A DNA stretch of 64,000 bases from contig JAGTQU010000003.1 in the NCBI GenBank assembly GCA_018396695.1, positions 12,899-76,898 on the forward strand. The letters are read 5' to 3'. A model generated the notes under the pieces. The model saw nothing but the letters and a program-made list of their open reading frames with translations. It did not search any database and had not been told where the DNA came from. The DNA comes from Candidatus Bathyarchaeota archaeon (GTDB taxonomy: Archaea; Thermoproteota; Bathyarchaeia; TCS64). The position numbers were made by a program, and so were the translations under genes. The first letter of the stretch is position 1. Every line of letters begins with the position of its first letter. Shown here one piece after another: positions 58,594 through 64,000 of this stretch.

Positions 58594-58925
58594 ATTTCCC
58601 ACCTACTCTGCTTACCTTCTCTTATCCATACGGCGCCTAAGGTTTTAAGCATTTCATTAATTTGACTCCAAAGATCTCCTAAAAATCTCCGAGGAGTAAT
58701 GACGATTAAATCGTCTCTTTCCTCTATTTCAATAAGGGATAAATCTACTCCTAATGTTGAAAGCTTTTCAGTAATACTCTCGACAGATGAGACTATAGAT
58801 ATCTCTGATGGGCCCTGTTTCTCTGATATGATTGTTGGTTTTCCAATAGAGACGATTAAACCTATTTTTGATCCACATTCTGGACATATTATCCAATTTA
58901 TTTTAGTCTCTCCTTTTTTCTCCAA
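58584..58925 (-). CDS. Hypothetical protein with an N-terminal CPECG zinc ribbon.
   Basis: ORF translation only. Confidence 0.3.
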   Translation of the reverse strand: MEKKGETKINWIICPECGSKIGLIVSIGKPTIISEKQGPSEISIVSSVESITEKLSTLGVDLSLIEIEERDDLIVITPRRFLGDLWSQINEMLKTLGAVWIREGKQSRWEIHK

Positions 58926-59278
58926 TTAGACCCCTACGTAATTAAAAAGCCCATTAGAAGCTTAAAAATATGTGTAATTTTGAATCTATGATATCAGAAT
59001 GAGCCTATCTAAAATGCTTCCCTTATTTTTAAGACATGTTTCTAGTCTGAAATCTTGAAAGTTAATCTTCTATAAGGCATCAACAAATAAGCTTCGTATT
59101 TTTTCGAAGATCTAGAGAAAAATGTGTTGAATTGCATGAATCAATTAATTTTATCGTTCTAAAATATTATGTTCGAAGATTCGTATAGTTTCGAAGGTTA
59201 AATAAAATGTCCAAATTTTTCTACGACTCCATCAATAATTTTATTTCCTCTAACTAGTTATCATTAGGGCGATATATC

Positions 59279-59992
59279 ATGAGATTAACTGAAAAGATAT
59301 ATCTAGTAGGAGGCGCCGGTTTTGGATACTCTGCTAAAGGCGATTGCAATGTTTTTTTAGTAGATTGTGGAGAAACTTTGGCGCTGATAGATTCAGGGGC
59401 AGGAAAAGGAGTTTCCAAAATTTTTGAGAATATTGATAGAATGGGTCTAAAAAATAAAAGAATAGAGATATTATTCAACACTCATTGCCATTATGACCAT
59501 ATTGGAGGAAATTTTGATTTTAAAGCTAAGGGATGTAAAATTGCTGCTTATAGGGATGAGGCTGATGAGATTGAGAAGCTTGAAGAACTGTCGCTGTATT
59601 CTATGGCGAAGACTGAAGGACTTGAATTCAAGTCAGTAGAAGTCGATATACGCTTAAATGACGGCGAAATCATCGAAGTAGGAGATAGCCAGTTTGAAGT
59701 TATACACACTCCTGGACATACTCCAGGAGGAATGTGCTTGCTTTTCAGAAAAAATGGATGTAAAAACCTGTTTTCAGGAGACACGGCGTCAGCTCAAGGT
59801 AAACTTGGCTGGATAAATGGTCCTGGTTGTGATATTCAAGAGTGGAAAAAATCGATAAAAAAACTATTAAAATTTGAACCGGATCGTCTTTTCCCTGGGC
59901 ATGGAGTTTTTGTTTTATCGGAGGCTACTGAGCATCTTAGACTGTTAGATTTTAATATGAATATGCCTTGGACGGTTGTTATTCCTGGATAA
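59279..59992 (+). CDS. MBL-fold metallo-hydrolase.
   Basis: HCHYDHIGG and a downstream HTPGHT motif. Confidence 0.7.
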   Translation: MRLTEKIYLVGGAGFGYSAKGDCNVFLVDCGETLALIDSGAGKGVSKIFENIDRMGLKNKRIEILFNTHCHYDHIGGNFDFKAKGCKIAAYRDEADEIEKLEELSLYSMAKTEGLEFKSVEVDIRLNDGEIIEVGDSQFEVIHTPGHTPGGMCLLFRKNGCKNLFSGDTASAQGKLGWINGPGCDIQEWKKSIKKLLKFEPDRLFPGHGVFVLSEATEHLRLLDFNMNMPWTVVIPG

Positions 59993-59995
59993 TTT

Positions 59996-60784
59996 TTGGG
60001 ATCATGTTTGGACAAGAGAGATAAAATTGTTTTATCGAATCCTAGTCTCGACGAAGCATATATTGCAATTAAATCTGGGATCTCAAAACGTCTTAACCTT
60101 GTTATTATCGGTAAATGTGTTGTAGATTATGAGGGGAGAGCAAGTTCGAAATTAGAGGCAGGAGAACGTATTGTGCTATTGAAATCAGATGGATCTATTC
60201 AAATTCATAGACCAAAAGAATCTATGCCTGTAAATTGGCAACCTCCTGGTGCGCTCTTTAAAACTAAGCTTGAAAAGGATAGATTGCATATTAGAGCCTA
60301 TCGGAAAACCAAACGAGAGGTTCTAGAGGTTGAATTTATTTACATTCTTGTTGTAATCTTGATAGATCTAACTGATGATGCAGAGTTTAACCTCTACGCG
60401 AGCGAAGAGGATATGAAAAGGGCAATCCTTTATGAACCTTCGTTATTAGAAGAAGGATTCAAACCTTTAACCTCAGAGAAGAAGGTTAAGTCCGGTTTCA
60501 TAGATATTGTTGGCTTTGACAAAAATAACGTTCTAACGGTGGCTGAAATTAAGAAAGACATGGTTAACCGAGACGCAATTCTACAACTGAAGAGGTATAT
60601 AGATTCTTTTAATTTAGCAGAGAAAGGAAAAATTAGAGGAATCTTAATTGCGCCAAGATTGGGGAAAGACTCTCAAAGATTGTTATCTACTTTAGGCTTC
60701 GAGTTTAAACGTTTATCTCCTCAAATATGTGCTGAAATTTTAAAAAAGAAAAGAAGAAAATTGATGACTGAATTTCTAATCTAG
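59996..60784 (+). CDS. nucS: Endonuclease NucS (EndoMS), mismatch-specific.
   Basis: The C-terminal RecB-like nuclease motif GFIDIVGFDKNNVLTVAEIKK...QLKRY is present, together with the N-terminal DNA-binding domain pattern. Confidence 0.8.
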   Translation: MGSCLDKRDKIVLSNPSLDEAYIAIKSGISKRLNLVIIGKCVVDYEGRASSKLEAGERIVLLKSDGSIQIHRPKESMPVNWQPPGALFKTKLEKDRLHIRAYRKTKREVLEVEFIYILVVILIDLTDDAEFNLYASEEDMKRAILYEPSLLEEGFKPLTSEKKVKSGFIDIVGFDKNNVLTVAEIKKDMVNRDAILQLKRYIDSFNLAEKGKIRGILIAPRLGKDSQRLLSTLGFEFKRLSPQICAEILKKKRRKLMTEFLI

Positions 60785-61983
60785 TTTTTTTGAATTATAT
60801 CGAGTTTTTTTCCAACCTTTTCTAGAATGCTTATGACCCTATCCAAGTCCTTTAAGGATAGTTTCGAGTTCATTTGTATTCTTATTCTCGCTTTATCTTT
60901 CGAGACCATAGGATAGACTATGGGAACGACGAATATGCCTTCTTTATAAAGTTCTTCGCCGAAGCTTTTCGCCTTCTCGTTATCTCCTACAATAATTGGG
61001 ATTATCGGAGTCTGCGACATGCCTGTATCAAAACCCAGATCTTGAACCGATTTTTTGAAATACTCTGTATTTTTCCACAGTTTTTTCACATGTTCAGGCT
61101 CATTTTCAAGAACATCTATCGCAGCGATTGTAGCTGCGACTACTGGTGGGGGCTGAGAGGAGCTTAGCAGCCAAGTTCTACTTTTATTCCATGCGAATCG
61201 TATTAGGTCTAAGGATCCAGATATATGACCCCCTATTGTTCCATAGGCTTTGCTGAATGTACCCATCTCGATGTGGACCTCTCTATGAGTCAATTTAAAA
61301 TGGGAGACTATTCCTCTCCCCCCTTCTCCAAGTACCCCTTCTCCATGTGCATCATCCACATATAAAGTGGCTCCATGATTGGCTGCAAGCTTCGATATCT
61401 CTTTTATGGGAGAGATGTCTCCATCCATTGAGAAGACACCGTCGGTTACTATTAATATTCTCCTATAAGCTGGCTCGTGTTTCTCAGCTTCTTCAAGAAC
61501 ACGTTGAAGGTCTTCGACGTTATTGTGTTTATATACAATTTTTTCGGCTCGACTTAGTCTAGTACCATCTATTATACTTCCATGGTTAAGCTCGTCACTT
61601 ATTATGAGGTCATCTTTTTCAGCAATTTGTGGTATAAGTCCTGAATTAACCATGAACCCTGTTGGATAAGTTAATGATGACTCGGCTCTTTTGAATCTCG
61701 CAAGCCTCTTCTCTAATTCTACGTGGAGATCCATTGTTCCTGAAATAGATCGCACTGCTCCTGAACCTACTCCATATTTTTTAATCGCCTCGATTGCAGC
61801 TTCTTTTATTTTAGGATGAGTCGTGAGTCCTAGATAGTTGTTTGAGCAGAGGACTATGACTTCTCTTCCATCTACCATAGTCTTTGGTTCGCTGGGTCCT
61901 TGTAACATTCTAGGCGACCAATCAAGTTTATTCTCGACTAGGCTTTGATACTCTTTTTTAAAGAAGCTGGTCGGGTCTCTCAT
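60781..61983 (-). CDS. kbl: 2-amino-3-ketobutyrate CoA ligase / 8-amino-7-oxononanoate synthase family (PLP-dependent glycine C-acetyltransferase).
   Basis: PLP-Lys motif GTFSKA. SDELNHGS. The class II aminotransferase fold length. Confidence 0.8.
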   Translation of the reverse strand: MRDPTSFFKKEYQSLVENKLDWSPRMLQGPSEPKTMVDGREVIVLCSNNYLGLTTHPKIKEAAIEAIKKYGVGSGAVRSISGTMDLHVELEKRLARFKRAESSLTYPTGFMVNSGLIPQIAEKDDLIISDELNHGSIIDGTRLSRAEKIVYKHNNVEDLQRVLEEAEKHEPAYRRILIVTDGVFSMDGDISPIKEISKLAANHGATLYVDDAHGEGVLGEGGRGIVSHFKLTHREVHIEMGTFSKAYGTIGGHISGSLDLIRFAWNKSRTWLLSSSQPPPVVAATIAAIDVLENEPEHVKKLWKNTEYFKKSVQDLGFDTGMSQTPIIPIIVGDNEKAKSFGEELYKEGIFVVPIVYPMVSKDKARIRIQMNSKLSLKDLDRVISILEKVGKKLDIIQKN

Positions 61984-62074
61984 ATTCTAATCATGCTAGA
62001 GTATAGTTATTGGAAGCTATTAGACTTTCCATATACGCAATGTTTTATTTATATGAAAGTTAAGACTAAAATTT

Positions 62075-63040
62075 ATGATGACCTCTGTAAGGATGAAGAA
62101 AATCCTTGTTACTGGAGCATTGGGACAGATAGGGCTGGAGCTTACTCCAGTGTTAAGGAAAAGATATGGAAAAGACAATGTTATAGCCTCCGATATTCGT
62201 TCGCCCTCTAAAAATTTTTTGAACTCTGGACCATTTGAATCTTTAAATATACTTAATCGAACTGACCTTGAAGAAGTTATAAAAGTTTATGATATTGATA
62301 CTGTGTTTCATCTGGCAGCCATCTTATCAGCTACTGGAGAGAAGAATCCTCAAAATGCTTTAGAAGTGAATTTGTTTGGAGTTTACAATATTCTTGAAGT
62401 TTCTAGAAAGCTCAATCTAACACGGGTATTCGTTCCCAGCTCAATAGCTGTATTCGGTCCTGAAACATCTAAGATAAATGCTCCTCAAGATATTAGCCTT
62501 AGGCCTAGAACAATCTATGGAATTACCAAGGTTACCGGTGAGTTGCTGTCGAATTATTATTATTATAAATTTGGTTTGGATGTTAGAGGTTTACGATGGC
62601 CTGGAATAATAAGTACTTCTCCTCCTGGTGGTGGGACTACAGACTATGCAGTAGAAATGTTTTACTATGCTGTTGAGGGTAAGCGTTACAAATGTTTTGT
62701 AAGAGAAGATACTGTGCTCCCTATGATGTATATGCCAGACTGTTTAAAATCGGCGATAATGCTAATGGAAGCGGATCTTAGTAGATTGAAACATCACGCA
62801 GATTTTAATGTCGGTGGAATGAGTTTTTCTGCTGGAGAACTAGCCGCGGAGATTAAAAAGAGGATTCCGAGCTTCGAAGTTGATTATGAGCCAGATTTCA
62901 GGCAAGAGATAGCAGATACATGGCCTAAATCTATTGATGATTCAGATGCTAGGATTGAATGGGGCTGGTCTGCAAGTTACAATATAACCTCCATGGCGGA
63001 GGAAATGATAAATAAGCTTATGAAGGTGAGGAATACTTAA
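62075..63040 (+). CDS. tdh: SDR-type (GalE-like) NAD-dependent L-threonine 3-dehydrogenase candidate. The probable start is the Met at MKKILVTG (62093).
   Basis: ILVTGALGQIG Rossmann motif and a YxxxK dyad. The gene diverges from kbl. Confidence 0.55.
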   Translation: MMTSVRMKKILVTGALGQIGLELTPVLRKRYGKDNVIASDIRSPSKNFLNSGPFESLNILNRTDLEEVIKVYDIDTVFHLAAILSATGEKNPQNALEVNLFGVYNILEVSRKLNLTRVFVPSSIAVFGPETSKINAPQDISLRPRTIYGITKVTGELLSNYYYYKFGLDVRGLRWPGIISTSPPGGGTTDYAVEMFYYAVEGKRYKCFVREDTVLPMMYMPDCLKSAIMLMEADLSRLKHHADFNVGGMSFSAGELAAEIKKRIPSFEVDYEPDFRQEIADTWPKSIDDSDARIEWGWSASYNITSMAEEMINKLMKVRNT

Positions 63041-63051
63041 AAATAAAAAAT

Positions 63052-63996
63052 TTAGCTAGTTAATACGGGTCTTATGTCTCCGCATTTCATAATTCCTATT
63101 TTACACTTTTCACCTTGGATATGATAGGCCTTCCTTAAGGCTTCTTCAATGGCTTCTGCGTGAATAAAGCCGAGAGCTTTCTTATCCTCTTGAGTTAACC
63201 CATGAGATACACAGATGACTTTTGCATGATTCATGATCTGGGAGTGAAGCATTAAGGCCGCAGCTGCTATTTTGTCTTTTATTTTTCCTGAGTCATAGAG
63301 TTCGCATACATTCTCATAATCTAGGTTGCCGTAGGTTTTAAGTTCTGGGTGAACAGTTGAGATTCCTTCAGGACAAGGGGTAACTAATATTATTGTTCCA
63401 TTTTTCTTTACTCCTAAACAAGCATAGTCAAGGGGTTTTGAAGCCTGCCAATATTCTAAATCTGCAGGGTAGCTAGAGACTATTACAATATCTGCTAATT
63501 CAGGTATTTTAGGACAGTAAATTTTGCTTGCGGAGTTAACCCCCTCTCTGAAAGCTTGGATGGGGTCTCCTACAGCAAAGTCAACAATTCTATCCTCTTC
63601 GTTGAGAATTGTGTTTACTATAAATTTTAGCCCTACTTTGATTGCTATCTCGTCGATTAATCTTCTGACTGGATGATTTATTTTCCCTACTATGTCAAAT
63701 ATGGGCTTTGTTTTTCCTGCGATTATATGGGTTCCTTCTATTGTTTCAATCCCGCATATTCCTGGTTGGACGATTTTTCCACCCCCCGCCCAACCTGCAT
63801 AGCAATGTGGAACAATATTCCCTACCCCGAGGATTAGATCCGAGTTATAAACTCTTTTACTGACAATTATGTTGAACCCCATTGATGTTTTACCAATGTT
63901 CACCAAGTCTTTTTCATCATGTGAATTGAAATTATGTATTTTAACGCGCTCGATTACCTCTCTGCCAAGTTTCTTCAAAAGTTCTTCGCTGGTCAT
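63052..63996 (-). CDS. LarA-like (lactate racemase family, DUF2088) protein. It is partial: the N-terminus lies beyond the window end.
   Basis: VPHCYAGWAGGGKIVQPG matches the LarA cofactor-tethering Lys/His region. The ORF runs to the window edge. Confidence 0.45.
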   Translation of the reverse strand: MTSEELLKKLGREVIERVKIHNFNSHDEKDLVNIGKTSMGFNIIVSKRVYNSDLILGVGNIVPHCYAGWAGGGKIVQPGICGIETIEGTHIIAGKTKPIFDIVGKINHPVRRLIDEIAIKVGLKFIVNTILNEEDRIVDFAVGDPIQAFREGVNSASKIYCPKIPELADIVIVSSYPADLEYWQASKPLDYACLGVKKNGTIILVTPCPEGISTVHPELKTYGNLDYENVCELYDSGKIKDKIAAAALMLHSQIMNHAKVICVSHGLTQEDKKALGFIHAEAIEEALRKAYHIQGEKCKIGIMKCGDIRPVLTS

Positions 63997-64000
63997 TTTC

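Noticed and set aside
1-64000. Searched for CRISPR arrays, cas genes, integrases, transposases and IS terminal inverted repeats.
   Set aside because: No regularly spaced direct repeats, no Cas, integrase or transposase-like translations, and no clear IS inverted-repeat pairs were seen by eye. The tRNA-Leu-adjacent region has only a weak imperfect repeat and no integrase.

Overview
This window is a 64 kb archaeal chromosomal segment of mixed GC content. The archaeal assignment rests on class I lysyl-tRNA synthetase, FEN-1 directly followed by an ATP-dependent DNA ligase, NucS/EndoMS, an intron-containing tRNA, a type IA topoisomerase and a four-subunit sulfhydrogenase-type [NiFe] hydrogenase. 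Most of the window is housekeeping and central metabolism: gcvT-gcvH, rpiA, kbl paired with an SDR-type threonine dehydrogenase, a beta-oxidation-like block (etfAB, hbd, crotonase, thiolase with its DUF35 partner, acyl-CoA dehydrogenase), a MacB/FtsX-type ABC transporter with a COG1361-like surface protein, and several peptidases. Two tRNAs are present: tRNA-Thr(GGU) with a 20-nt intron on the minus strand, and tRNA-Leu(CAG) on the plus strand. The standout locus is an AT-rich island at the 5' end (about 1-7300). It encodes an exosortase/archaeosortase-family polytopic protein fused to a zinc ribbon, an EpsI-like domain and a C-terminal winged-helix-like tail. Next to it sit a PaaK/CapK-type adenylate-forming ligase and a 75-aa protein that is essentially a signal anchor plus a PEP-CTERM-like tripartite C-terminal sorting signal (VPEIPGT, then a TM helix, then KK). 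A membrane-anchored GH5 glycosidase and a polytopic membrane protein lie alongside. Together this looks like a compact, apparently undescribed dedicated exosortase/EpsI-type protein-sorting system, which is bacterial-like, sitting in an archaeal genome. Other accessory signals: a decayed MazG-like pseudogene and a nucleoside-deoxyribosyltransferase-like gene immediately 3' of tRNA-Leu, possibly an integrated-element remnant; an ATP-grasp (RimK/LysX-like) gene diverging from two metallopeptidases and RidA; topA translationally coupled to a tiny CxxC protein; and repeated TTCGAAG motifs and a C/D-box-like element in intergenic DNA. No CRISPR array, integrase or transposase was found. All calls are from reading the sequence and ORF translations; no database searches were run.
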